Source: Candidatus Eiseniibacteriota bacterium
GTDB lineage: Bacteria > Eisenbacteria > RBG-16-71-46 > CAZAMP01
Reading direction: 5' to 3'
Length of the DNA: 64,000 bases
Assembly: GCA_965224245.1 (NCBI GenBank)
Contig: OZ245046.1
Coordinates: 736,001 to 800,000 of the forward strand
The translations under genes and the position numbers were made by a program. Positions 39,152 through 48,135 of this stretch are shown in pieces; position 1 is the first letter of the stretch; every line of letters begins with the position of its first letter. Under the pieces are notes generated by a model. It saw nothing but the letters and a program-made list of their open reading frames with translations, made no database searches and was not told where the DNA came from.

Positions 39152-40120
39152 TCACCGAGACCGGTAGGCGAAGCGCTCGCGGAGCACGGCGGCCCCGTCC
39201 TCGAGATAGGCGGCGCGGAGCGCGAGTCGATCCAGCTCGGGATCGGTCTCGACGTCGGGGTGAACCGGACGCAGCTCGAAGGCCCAGTCCCCGCCGGCGG
39301 TGCCACGCATCAGGCCGACCTGACGACCGCGCAGGCCGGGAGCACCGCCGGCCGCCCCGCCGAGGTCGACCACGTTCGGGGTGCGACCTCCGGATCCGTA
39401 CAGGACGACGTCCACGGCGGCGTTCGCCCGTGCGACGGCACGCGCCGGGCCGAGCCCTCCCGCGCAGAGGACCACCACCACGTCGGCCGCTCCGCCGCCT
39501 CCGTCCGACACCGACATGGCCGCCAGGGCTGCGGCGACCTGCTCGGCGGGAGACCGCACGTCGGACCCGAACCACCCGGCCCCGATCACCGCGATGCGTC
39601 CATCCGGGTGCGCCACCGTGCGCCAGGCCGGGACGTCGTCGGGTCGATCGGGATGCCCGCATACGAGCGGAAGCTGGTGCCGCTCGGCGCCGAGCGACTG
39701 CAGGAGATCGAGCTCGGCGGGACCGACGTTGAGGACGTCGTATCCGAGCACGTCCATCGCCTCCAGGGTCACGCGCGCGGTCTCGAGCCCGATGTCACCG
39801 GCGAGCCAGCCACCGACGTCGAGCCGGACGAGTCCCGGCTCCTCGGCCTCCAGCGTCCGGAAGAGCACGTCACGCGGCGCCCAGCCCCCCAGCGGATCGA
39901 CCGGACAGTCGCACGGCCGGGGCTGAAAGCCCGTCTCGGCGGTGACGGCCAGCGTCAGGGCCGCCGCCCCGGTGCCGACCGCGGCGGCCAGGGCGAGGGC
40001 CAGCGACAGGCTCGCGACGGCGCGCCACGTGGACCCGGCGGTACGGCGAGGACTCCGGCAGGACCGGGGCGCCGCGATCGGCGCCGCGATCCTGGGAGTC
40101 GACGGGGGACGGTGTCGCAT
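39152..40120 (-). CDS. Exported UshA/5'-nucleotidase-like metallophosphoesterase-fold protein with PCxC motif and degenerate metal site
   Basis: Signal peptide; PRPCDCPVDPLGGWAPR, LDVGG, MDVLGYDVLNVGPAEL, RIAVIG, VDVVLYG; lacks DxH and GNHE. Confidence 0.6.
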   Translation of the reverse strand: MRHRPPSTPRIAAPIAAPRSCRSPRRTAGSTWRAVASLSLALALAAAVGTGAAALTLAVTAETGFQPRPCDCPVDPLGGWAPRDVLFRTLEAEEPGLVRLDVGGWLAGDIGLETARVTLEAMDVLGYDVLNVGPAELDLLQSLGAERHQLPLVCGHPDRPDDVPAWRTVAHPDGRIAVIGAGWFGSDVRSPAEQVAAALAAMSVSDGGGGAADVVVVLCAGGLGPARAVARANAAVDVVLYGSGGRTPNVVDLGGAAGGAPGLRGRQVGLMRGTAGGDWAFELRPVHPDVETDPELDRLALRAAYLEDGAAVLRERFAYRSR

Positions 40121-40123
40121 CGG

Positions 40124-42937
40124 CTACGGCTCGACGATCAGCACGTCGTCGAACGACGCCGCCGACACGTACGTCCCGAACCCGAAGCGGCCGGCCGGCG
40201 GCTCCGGATAGATGCTCGTCTCGAGGTACAGCTCGCAGTCCACGTAGACCTTGTACGTCGTGCCGTAGCGCTCGACCCGCATCCGGTACCAGCGGTTGTT
40301 CTCGAACGGGAATGGCGCCAGGTCGATGTCGAGGTAGTCGGGCAGCATCGACGCGAGCACCACCGAGTTGGACCACGCGTACAGGTAGCCGACGTACCGG
40401 TAGCCCGCGGCGTACCGATTGAACTGGAACATCGTGTAAGCGCCGGTGTCGCAGTTCGTGTCGGCCTGGAAGACGAAGTCGCCGTCGTGCGAGAGCGTGG
40501 ACGTGTAGATCCACTTCGACGACCCGTAGGCGGAGTTCGTCTGCTGGAGCATGCCTTCCGCCGCCGTCCAGTTGCCGGTGTCCACGGTCCATCCGTTGTA
40601 GTCGCGATCGTCGAACGTGTCGGCGAGCAGCAAAGTGGCCGGCATTCCGGTGACGTCGCACGGCGCTCCGCTCGAATGGAACTTGACGGTCGTCTGGATG
40701 CGACGCATGTCACCGTCGAACGCGAGCAGCATCGGCTGTCCGTGGATGCCGTCGCCGTCCGCGCGGACGGTGAACGACTCCGGGAAGATCTCGGTTCCCG
40801 AGGAGACTCTTCCCGTCGGGCCGTGACCGTATGTGCCGTCCGCCGACCACAGCGTGCGGCCGTCGAACCACACCTTGGCCAGAAGGCGGGAGGCATCGTC
40901 CCACAGCGGGGTGAGCTTGATGACCTCCTCGTCGCCTCCGCTCGAGTAGACCTCGAAGTTGACCAGGTTGTGGCCGTCGCTGCCGGCGATCCACGGCGAG
41001 CACGTCGTCTCGATCGTGCACGAGATGCAGGACGTTCCACCGGCCACCTCCATGGAGTGGTCGCTCTCGTAGAACGGCGAGCATCGGTCGACCGCGGTCA
41101 CCGAGATGTAGTAGTCGCTGCACAGCTCCAGCCCCGTGAGCGTGAACTGACACCGGGCTCCGCTCGTGACCTCCGAGACGTCGACACTGATGGGCGAGTC
41201 ACCCTCGACGGCCCCGAGACCGTAGTACGCGCCCGGATACGGGCCGTACCAGATGCGGTAGCCGGCGAGGTCGCAGTCGACGGTGTTGGCATCCCAGGTG
41301 AGCTGCACCGTCCGCTCACCGATCACGGCGGTCAGGCCCGTGGGCACCGTCGGCGCGCCGGGCGTGCACGGCGAGGACGTGTTGATCACGGCCTCGTTGG
41401 CCGCGCAGACGTCGCCGAGCACGCCGCAGGCGTCCACGGCCCCCACGTTGATGTAGTACGTCCGGCACGGCAGGAGGTCGGTCAGGATGGCCCAGTCCCG
41501 CGACGGCTCGACCCGTTCGACCCGGGACATGCCCCCGGGGATGGTGTCGTAGAAGACCGCGAAGTGATGGATGTCGTCCGCGGACAGCGGGGAGCCGTCG
41601 AGACGGTCGGTCGGCGGCGTCCAGGAGACCGCGAGCTCGCCCTCGACGCTGCCCAGCTCGGCGTCCAGCGACGACACGCAGCTGACGGGGGCCGGCCAGA
41701 CGCCGGCCACTTCGGGGGACGCCTCACCGTCGTTGTCGCAGGCGATGGCCACCACGCGGTACCAGTAGCTCTGGCATCCGCTCATGCCGTCGTCGACGTA
41801 CGTGGTGACGCCCTCGCCGAGTGACGCCAGGAGGTTCGACGGCCCGGGGGTGAAGCCGGCCTCGTCGTCGCGGTAGAGCTCGTACTGGACGCCGGTGGTG
41901 ATCGTGCCGCCACTGAGCGACTGGGTCACCGCGTCCCAGCTGACGGTGATGGCGTCGCTGGACACGGCGGTGGTCACGTTGTCGGGCACCTCCGGGCGCA
42001 CGCCGGACGACATGTCGACCGTGACCGAGTATGGATAGCTCTCGACACCGGCGCGGCTCACGCACGTGACCTGGATGTAGTACACGTCGGCCGACAGGTC
42101 GGACACGGTCCAGTGGTCGATCGTCCGCGCCAGTCGCGCGTTCAGGGTCAGCTCACCGAGCGTGGTGCCGAAGTAGAAGTTGTAGTGGCTGATGTCGTCG
42201 AACTCCAGCGGGGTCCCGTCCGTGTTGGCCGTCGGACGGCTCCAGCTGGTCGTGACCGACTCGCAGTCGGGCAGGCTCGTCCCATGCCCGATGGGCGGGT
42301 TCGGACGGCTCCGCGCGGGGGTCAGCGGGAGGTTCCGGGGGTAGATCGTCGTCGACAGCGTCGTGGTGTAGTAGTCGCCGTTCTGCATCGGCCGCGGGCT
42401 CACGCCGCTGACCTGGAGCCGGATCTCGCCGATGAGCTCCGGCTGGGGTACCGGTGCCGGAAGCTCGACGCCGTCGCCGTTGTAGAAGCGCATCTGCAGC
42501 CCGGCGGGTGCGATCCCGTACGACTGGGGATCGTTCACGAGGACGGCGCCCGTCGTGTCCCGGACCGAGCGCATCACGATCAGATCCGTCGGGTTCGGGG
42601 TGTCGTTGTCGGCGTCGGGCGCGAGGTAGTAGCTGATCGTCTCGGCGCCCGGATTGTCGAAGATGTCGGCGTTGAACACGACGGAGTCGATGTCGGCGAA
42701 CTCGATCGACGCCTGCGTTGCGTCCTTGCCGTAGGACACCTGGCGAAAGTCGTCCGCGATCGAGTTGATGGCCACGCGCGCGTTCTGCTGGGCTTCGATC
42801 GTCGCCTTCTGGTCCTCGACCGAACGGCTCGACACGTTGAGCACCTGGAACAGCGCGACACCCACGAGCCCCAGGACGATCAACGTCATCAAGAGCTCGA
42901 CGAGGCTGAAGCCTCGTTGATCGAATCGTTGCGTCAT
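40124..42937 (-). CDS. PilW-like type IV prepilin fused to fibronectin-III repeats and a C-terminal ConA-like domain (937 aa)
   Basis: G|FSLVELLMTLIVLGLVG; EAQQNARVAINSIADDFR; about four FN3-like units (W..PT...DG.PL..DDI.H; WDANTVDCDLAGYRIWYG); WYRMRVE..KVYVD..GRFGFG..FDDV. Confidence 0.8.
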   Translation of the reverse strand: MTQRFDQRGFSLVELLMTLIVLGLVGVALFQVLNVSSRSVEDQKATIEAQQNARVAINSIADDFRQVSYGKDATQASIEFADIDSVVFNADIFDNPGAETISYYLAPDADNDTPNPTDLIVMRSVRDTTGAVLVNDPQSYGIAPAGLQMRFYNGDGVELPAPVPQPELIGEIRLQVSGVSPRPMQNGDYYTTTLSTTIYPRNLPLTPARSRPNPPIGHGTSLPDCESVTTSWSRPTANTDGTPLEFDDISHYNFYFGTTLGELTLNARLARTIDHWTVSDLSADVYYIQVTCVSRAGVESYPYSVTVDMSSGVRPEVPDNVTTAVSSDAITVSWDAVTQSLSGGTITTGVQYELYRDDEAGFTPGPSNLLASLGEGVTTYVDDGMSGCQSYWYRVVAIACDNDGEASPEVAGVWPAPVSCVSSLDAELGSVEGELAVSWTPPTDRLDGSPLSADDIHHFAVFYDTIPGGMSRVERVEPSRDWAILTDLLPCRTYYINVGAVDACGVLGDVCAANEAVINTSSPCTPGAPTVPTGLTAVIGERTVQLTWDANTVDCDLAGYRIWYGPYPGAYYGLGAVEGDSPISVDVSEVTSGARCQFTLTGLELCSDYYISVTAVDRCSPFYESDHSMEVAGGTSCISCTIETTCSPWIAGSDGHNLVNFEVYSSGGDEEVIKLTPLWDDASRLLAKVWFDGRTLWSADGTYGHGPTGRVSSGTEIFPESFTVRADGDGIHGQPMLLAFDGDMRRIQTTVKFHSSGAPCDVTGMPATLLLADTFDDRDYNGWTVDTGNWTAAEGMLQQTNSAYGSSKWIYTSTLSHDGDFVFQADTNCDTGAYTMFQFNRYAAGYRYVGYLYAWSNSVVLASMLPDYLDIDLAPFPFENNRWYRMRVERYGTTYKVYVDCELYLETSIYPEPPAGRFGFGTYVSAASFDDVLIVEP

Positions 42938-42947
42938 CGTGGAGCTC

Positions 42948-43499
42948 CTAGTTGTGCCGCAACGTCATGCGACCGGTCCGTACGACGCGGACCACGGAAG
43001 TGTCTCGGTGTGAATTGTAGAAACGTATCGTCGCGGGAACGTCGCTCGAGGCCACCGTGCCCGGGGCCTCGAACGTCAGCACGGTGTTCGATGCGTCACC
43101 GTCGGTCCCTCCGATCATCGAGACGTTGGGCGTGATGCGCGTCGTGTCGTTGGATGCGAAGACCCACGAGCCCGCCTCGAACTTCTCGACGTAGTACCGA
43201 CCGCCCGAGGGCTCGTAGACGACCCGGTGACGCGTTCGGGTGGCCGTGGCCCGCTTCTGTGCGACGGCGCACGCCGACCGGAAGTTGTGGGCTGCCATGC
43301 GGACGGCGTCGTGCTGCATGTAGCGACCCACGTTCGGCACCGCCGCCGCGAGGGTGATGCCGATGATGAGGAGCACGACCATGGCCTCGATCAAGCTGTA
43401 TCCGTTCTGATCGTTCGACATGCGACGACCGAGTCCGCGCGCACGCACCGTGGCGAGGTGGAAGGCGTGTCCGGTTGCGCTGTGCAGGCGGCACATCAT
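42948..43499 (-). CDS. FimT/FimU/GspH-like minor pilin (alternative start 43421)
   Basis: G|YSLIEAMVVLLIIGITLAAAVP; C-terminal LTFEAPG...VRTGRM; GGAGG RBS and ATGA overlap at 43499. Confidence 0.85.
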   Translation of the reverse strand: MMCRLHSATGHAFHLATVRARGLGRRMSNDQNGYSLIEAMVVLLIIGITLAAAVPNVGRYMQHDAVRMAAHNFRSACAVAQKRATATRTRHRVVYEPSGGRYYVEKFEAGSWVFASNDTTRITPNVSMIGGTDGDASNTVLTFEAPGTVASSDVPATIRFYNSHRDTSVVRVVRTGRMTLRHN

Positions 43500-43732
43500 G
43501 GTGAGAGATCCTCCAGGTCGGACTCGCGGTGGAGCGGCTCGCGCCGGGACGCATCAATCCACGAGTGGAGCGGGACATCCACGCGGGCGATCCGCGGCCC
43601 CGATCCGAGATAGAAATCGTCGGCGCCCACCCACCCGATGTTGATCGGCTGGCCGCAGCCGTTCGGCCGCGACGCGGGGCGTGCGCGGGCTCGATCGTCG
43701 GGGGCCGTGGAGTGAGGGTGGGAATGCGTCAT
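43496..43732 (-). CDS. Small hypothetical protein (78 aa) within the pilin operon
   Basis: GAGGT RBS just after the pilV-like stop; ATGA coupling to the downstream pilin; fills the gap. Confidence 0.5.
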   Translation of the reverse strand: MTHSHPHSTAPDDRARARPASRPNGCGQPINIGWVGADDFYLGSGPRIARVDVPLHSWIDASRREPLHRESDLEDLSP

Positions 43733-43750
43733 GTTCGTCGACCTCGTCCG

Positions 43751-44209
43751 CTATGACACGCCCATCTTGCTCATCAGCCAGGTGAGCGGGATCTCGTGAG
43801 TGTTGGGTCCGCTGGTCCAGGCGACGACGACCTCGACGCGGTAGAGCCCCGGGGGCAGCGAGGCGTCGTCGCCGTTGTCGTAGACCTGGATCGTGCCGCG
43901 ACCGCTGGCTCCGAAGAGGTCGGCGATGTGCTCGGCCCACTCGTCGCAGTAGTCGTTGATCGTGTCCACGTCGTCGGTGTCCACGTCGTCGTAGGCGGTC
44001 TTGACGTCCGCAAAGACCGTCGAGTAGATGCGCTCCTTGATCTCCTGGGTCAGGCTCACGGCCATCGTCTCTTCCCGGCCGTAGTTCGAGTGTCGCCGGC
44101 TGGTGATGGTCAGCTGGCCGACGGCGAGGATGCCCACGGCGAAGATGACCAGCGCCACCATGAGCTCGACGAGCGAGAACCCGGCTTCGGACGACTTTGC
44201 GCGCGGCAT
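43751..44209 (-). CDS. PilV-like type IV minor pilin
   Basis: MPRAKSSEAG|FSLVELMVALVIFAVGILAVGQL; AVSLTQEIKERI; C-terminal YRVEVVVAW; GGGAGAG RBS. Confidence 0.88.
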   Translation of the reverse strand: MPRAKSSEAGFSLVELMVALVIFAVGILAVGQLTITSRRHSNYGREETMAVSLTQEIKERIYSTVFADVKTAYDDVDTDDVDTINDYCDEWAEHIADLFGASGRGTIQVYDNGDDASLPPGLYRVEVVVAWTSGPNTHEIPLTWLMSKMGVS

Positions 44210-44281
44210 GACAGCTTCTCTCCCAGAATGACCGTTCGTTTGGCGACCCTCGCGGGTCGCGATCGGCTCGGGCGGATCGGT

Positions 44282-44297
44282 CGCAAGCGACGTTCCG
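44282..44297 (-). promoter_or_regulatory. Candidate sigma54 (-24/-12) promoter CGGAACG-TCGC-TTGCG upstream of the pilV-like gene
   Basis: GG-N10-GC spacing matching TGGCACG-N4-TTGC, about 70 bp upstream of ATG 44209. Confidence 0.65.
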
Positions 44298-44384
44298 TGA
44301 CGCCGGTTCGATCGGGCCGATTGCCAAGCTCTTGCTCGGCAAGGCGATGCGGACTCGCGTGCAACGACGGCGCCGGCTCTGCCG

Positions 44385-44426
44385 TGCGTTTTGCAATGCG
44401 GCCGCAAAGCGCTGCACGATTGCAGC
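44385..44426. promoter_or_regulatory. Candidate enhancer-binding-protein UAS
   Basis: Perfect GCTGCA-CGAT-TGCAGC at 44411-44426 plus TGCGTTTTGCA nearby, about 90-130 bp upstream of the sigma54 site. Confidence 0.5.
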
Positions 44427-44535
44427 CCGCCGCCCGTGGCGGACGCTGCCTCTCTGCGTTGTCGGCACCGATCGGCGTGAGGTTCTCGTGGGGGCCGTCG
44501 CGACCCGACGCCGGTGGCCGGTCTGGGCCGCGTGG

Positions 44536-46107
44536 TCACGGTGTGAACATGGCCAGATCGGCCTCCATGTTGAACAGCTCGCGCCAGGAGGCGTCCACCC
44601 AGACGTTCAGCGGCACCGGGTAGCACGGCGGCGGGAAGTCGTTCAGGTCGAGGTCGTAGTTGTAGTGCCGCGTCGGGCCGGCGCCCTCCTGGTAGATCCA
44701 CGGCGCGGCGTGGCCGCCGTCGCGGGTGATGATCGGACCGTTCTGCGTCAGCGACCAGTGATCCGCCGTGATGTTGACCTCGTCCCATCCGGATCCGAAG
44801 GTGGGGTCGTGATTGACCGGGGTCTCGTTCGGATTGCCGTCGCCGTCGAGGTCGACGGGCCCGGATTGGAGCGGCGGGTACGTGGATGCATCGGTAGAGG
44901 CCGGATGCCACTGGCCGTTCACCGCCATCGCCGCCACGTCGAAGCGGCAGACGCGCGGCACCGGTCCGATCAGCACGTCGTTGCGCGCGACGATGCCCAG
45001 GTTCACCGGGTCGCCGGTGCCGCTGGCGGTGCGGTCCGCTCCGTAGAACCCCGTGTGACCGGTCACGATGCTGCTGTCGCAGTACGCGTTCCGGTTGGCG
45101 AAGATCGTCATCGAGCACGCCGAGACACCGTCGAGGACACCCTTCAGGTGTGCGTCGAACTCGAAGAAGATCGAGCCGTTGAAGTCGGCGCGACGCAGCG
45201 GCTGACCGGTCGAGGCGTCGATCACGGGGGAGCCCGCGTACGCGATCACGGTGTCGCCGGGCGAGGTCCACGTGTCGTGGAAGTCGAACCTCGAGAAGTC
45301 GAGCACGCCGCCGGTCGCGGCGATGCCGATCGGGTCGGAGCCCGCGTTGGAGTTCACGTAGAGGCCGATGGTGCCCTGTCCGCCGCACGAGTTGTTCGTG
45401 GAGAGGCCGCGCGCGCGGTCTCGCTCCCACGTGAAGTCCACCGACTGATCGAGATTCACGACCTGGGCATCGGTCGAGTAGCCGCGCCAGAAACGGGCCG
45501 CATCGGGCGACGGAAGGATGTTCTCCACGACCGAGACCATCTCCAGGAACGTCGTCTCCTCGCCGGACGCGCACGAGGGCACGAGCAGGTCCCGACCGGC
45601 GTAGACCTCGCCGGTGATCAAACCCCTGCAGGCGAAGCTGAGGTCGACCTCCTGGAAGAAGAACGCGTACTTCAGGAAGCTGTCGTGAACGATCCGCACC
45701 GCGACGCGTCGTCTGGCGCCGCGCACCTCGCCCTCGGCGATGATGTTGAACGCGTGGGACCGGAACGCGCTGGAGATCGGGAGCGCGTCGGACGCCTCGG
45801 CGAACACACGGTAGCGACCGTTCCACGGCAGGTCGCGGACGATCTCGAAGTCCGCGAGCCCGTCGGCGTCGGCGTCGGCCAGGGTCACGTCGAGGTCCTG
45901 GATCAACCGTTTGGCGACCGCGACGCCGGTCTCCGCCGCAGCGAGTGCGTCGGCGGAGTCCCGGTCGTATCGCGAGATCTGCCGGTCGCTCAGCGCGTTG
46001 AAGACGATTCCGGATCCCAGGAGGGTGAGCGCGGCGAGCACCATGATCGAGACGAGCAGCGCGCTCCCGCTCTCGTCTCCCGTCCAGCCCGAACGATCTC
46101 TGATCAA
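44536..46107 (-). CDS. PilX-like minor pilin with large C-terminal domain (DUF4900-like)
   Basis: G|SALLVSIMVLAALTLLG (no Glu5, as in PilX/GspK), ALAAAETGV, FLKYAFF, NLGIVARNDVLI, YNYDLDL..PPPCYP; AAGGGAG RBS before TTG. Confidence 0.8.
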   Translation of the reverse strand: MIRDRSGWTGDESGSALLVSIMVLAALTLLGSGIVFNALSDRQISRYDRDSADALAAAETGVAVAKRLIQDLDVTLADADADGLADFEIVRDLPWNGRYRVFAEASDALPISSAFRSHAFNIIAEGEVRGARRRVAVRIVHDSFLKYAFFFQEVDLSFACRGLITGEVYAGRDLLVPSCASGEETTFLEMVSVVENILPSPDAARFWRGYSTDAQVVNLDQSVDFTWERDRARGLSTNNSCGGQGTIGLYVNSNAGSDPIGIAATGGVLDFSRFDFHDTWTSPGDTVIAYAGSPVIDASTGQPLRRADFNGSIFFEFDAHLKGVLDGVSACSMTIFANRNAYCDSSIVTGHTGFYGADRTASGTGDPVNLGIVARNDVLIGPVPRVCRFDVAAMAVNGQWHPASTDASTYPPLQSGPVDLDGDGNPNETPVNHDPTFGSGWDEVNITADHWSLTQNGPIITRDGGHAAPWIYQEGAGPTRHYNYDLDLNDFPPPCYPVPLNVWVDASWRELFNMEADLAMFTP

Positions 46108-46292
46108 GGGTAGCTCCCTTCGTCAGTCGATCGCGTCGGGCCAACGCAACCGTTCCGCTGAGTTGTGAACAGCCAATCCCTACATCGGCCGGCCCGCCCG
46201 GCGGCGTTGGGGATTGCGTGGACGGGAATCCGCCGCTGCGGTATCGTGGCTGATCCGAGCCGCTCTCCCGGCTCGTCGAGGAGGACGTTGTC

Positions 46293-46490
46293 GTGTTCGG
46301 CATTGGGACGGTCGAGGTCGTCATCGTGGCGGCGCTGGTGCTCATCCTGTTCGGTCCGGACCGGATGCCCGAGATCCTCCGCTCGTTCGGACGCGCCACC
46401 GGCCAGCTCCGAAAGGCCGTCTCGGAGGTACACGCCGAGATCGAGGACGCCGCCAAGAACGACGATGAGCCGCGTGTCGGGAAGTCCTGA
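46293..46490 (+). CDS. Twin-arginine translocase TatA/TatB-family subunit
   Basis: MFGIGTVEVVIVAALVLILFGPDRMPEILRSFGR; GAGGAGG RBS. Confidence 0.9.
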   Translation: MFGIGTVEVVIVAALVLILFGPDRMPEILRSFGRATGQLRKAVSEVHAEIEDAAKNDDEPRVGKS

Positions 46491-47004
46491 TCGGCTCGCG
46501 CTGACCGGCTTCATGGGGGCCGGAAAGACCACCGTCGGCCGCCGACTCGCCGAGACCCTGCGCTGGCCGTTCGTCGACCTCGACGCCGCCGTCGAGGCCG
46601 CCGAGGGGGCGTCGGTCCCCGAGATCTTCGCGACGAGAGGCGAGCGATCGTTCCGGGAGGCCGAGACCCGGGCGCTCGGCCGGGCGCTCGCGCAGTCGCC
46701 GCTCGTGCTGGCGCTGGGAGGGGGGACCCTCGACGACCCGGGCAACCGCGAGCGCGTCCGCGCGGACACGACGCTGGTCTTCCTCGATGCCCCGCCGTCG
46801 ATCCTCCGCGCGCGCCTCGACGAGACCGACGCCGGACGGCGGCCGCTTCTCGCCGGCGGATTCCCCCGCGCGCTCTACGATCGGCGGCTCGGCACGTACC
46901 GGCAGGCGCCGGTGATCGTGCGCGCCGACGCCCCGGTCGAGACCGTGGTCACCCGGGTGGTGGCGGCGCTCGAGGCGCTCGGGCTACCCGGACGCGATCG
47001 ATGA
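46465..47004 (+). CDS. aroK: Shikimate kinase
   Basis: LTGFMGAGKTTVG, FVDLD, IFATRGERSFREAE, ALGGG, RRPLL. Confidence 0.92.
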   Translation: MSRVSGSPDRLALTGFMGAGKTTVGRRLAETLRWPFVDLDAAVEAAEGASVPEIFATRGERSFREAETRALGRALAQSPLVLALGGGTLDDPGNRERVRADTTLVFLDAPPSILRARLDETDAGRRPLLAGGFPRALYDRRLGTYRQAPVIVRADAPVETVVTRVVAALEALGLPGRDR

Positions 47005-47618
47005 TCCGGATCATCGCCGGCGAGTTTCGCGGCCGCCGCTTGAAGTCACCCCGGGAGACCGCCCGGCGCATCACGCGCCCGACGTCGTCGAGGGCGCGTA
47101 CCATTCTCTTCGATCTCCTGGGTCCGCTGGCCGGAGTCGAGGCGGTGCTGGATCTCTGCGCCGGATCGGGCGCGCTGGGCCTCGAGGCGCTCAGCCGCGG
47201 GGCGGCCCGTGCCGACTTCGTGGAGCTGGACCGGCGGGCCGTCCAGGCGCTGAGGGACAACGTCAGGAGCCTCGGCCTGGACGAGCGCGCCGCGATCGCG
47301 GTCGCCGACGTGTATTCTTACCTCCGCGGCGCTCGCGAGCGGAGCTGGTCGCTGATCCTGGCCGATCCGCCGTACGGCGCCGAGTCGGCCCGCACGATTC
47401 TGGCGGCCGTGGACGCCGCCCGGTGCGTGGCCCCGGGCGGTCGCGTGGTGATCGAGCACGACATCGATGGCGATCCCGGGGATCGAGTCGGTATGCTGGC
47501 CCGTACGCGTCGGCGCCCTGTGGGGCGAACGGTCGTATCGATCTATCGCGAGGTGCCCGGGAGCGAGGCACCAAGCGAGCACGCGCCCGACGAGCCGGGC
47601 GCGCGGGAGGATGCATGA
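47001..47618 (+). CDS. rsmD: 16S rRNA (guanine966-N2)-methyltransferase
   Basis: RIIAGEFRGRRL, RPTSSRAR, LDLCAGSGALGLEALSRGA, ADPPY; adjacent to coaD. Confidence 0.92.
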   Translation: MIRIIAGEFRGRRLKSPRETARRITRPTSSRARTILFDLLGPLAGVEAVLDLCAGSGALGLEALSRGAARADFVELDRRAVQALRDNVRSLGLDERAAIAVADVYSYLRGARERSWSLILADPPYGAESARTILAAVDAARCVAPGGRVVIEHDIDGDPGDRVGMLARTRRRPVGRTVVSIYREVPGSEAPSEHAPDEPGAREDA

Positions 47619-48130
47619 GTCGAGCCATCTTCGCGGGAACGTTCGATCCAGTGACCATGGGACACCTGGATCTCGTGGAGCGCGCCACACATCTCTTCGA
47701 CGAGATTCTGGTCGGGGTGGCCGTGGGGCACCACAAGAAGGCGCTGTTCAGCGTGGACGAGCGCGTGGAGATGTTTCGCGAGGCGGCCGCGCACCTGCAT
47801 GCGGTCACGGTCACGTCGTTCGACGGACTCCTGGTGGACTTCGCGCGCGAGACCGAGACCGGCGTCGTCGTGCGCGGCCTCAGGATGGTGAGCGACTTCG
47901 AGTACGAGTACCAGATGGCGCTGATGAACCGGAAGCTGGCCCAATCGCTGGAGACGATCTTCCTGATGCCGAGCGCGCGCTACGTGTTCGTGAACTCCAC
48001 GGTGATCAAGGAGATCGCCCGCTTCGGAGGGCCGCTGGACGAGCTCGTGCCCGACACGGTCAAGGCGCGCTTCGCCGACATGCGTGAGAGTGGCGAGCTG
48101 GCCCGCCGGACCGGGCGCGCGGGGGGCTGA
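47615..48130 (+). CDS. coaD: Phosphopantetheine adenylyltransferase
   Basis: AIFAGTFDPVTMGHLDLV, LFSVDERVEM, RGLRMVSDFEYEYQMALMNRKL. Confidence 0.95.
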   Translation: MSRAIFAGTFDPVTMGHLDLVERATHLFDEILVGVAVGHHKKALFSVDERVEMFREAAAHLHAVTVTSFDGLLVDFARETETGVVVRGLRMVSDFEYEYQMALMNRKLAQSLETIFLMPSARYVFVNSTVIKEIARFGGPLDELVPDTVKARFADMRESGELARRTGRAGG

Positions 48131-48135
48131 CGCGC

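Noticed and set aside
39880-39930. Selenocysteine recoding in the UshA-like CxC motif
   Set aside because: Codons are TGC-GAC-TGT; no in-frame TGA
40124-46107. Conductive e-pili linked to the cytochromes
   Set aside because: Only minor pilins are present; no short aromatic-rich major pilin, and the locus is about 28 kb from the cytochromes
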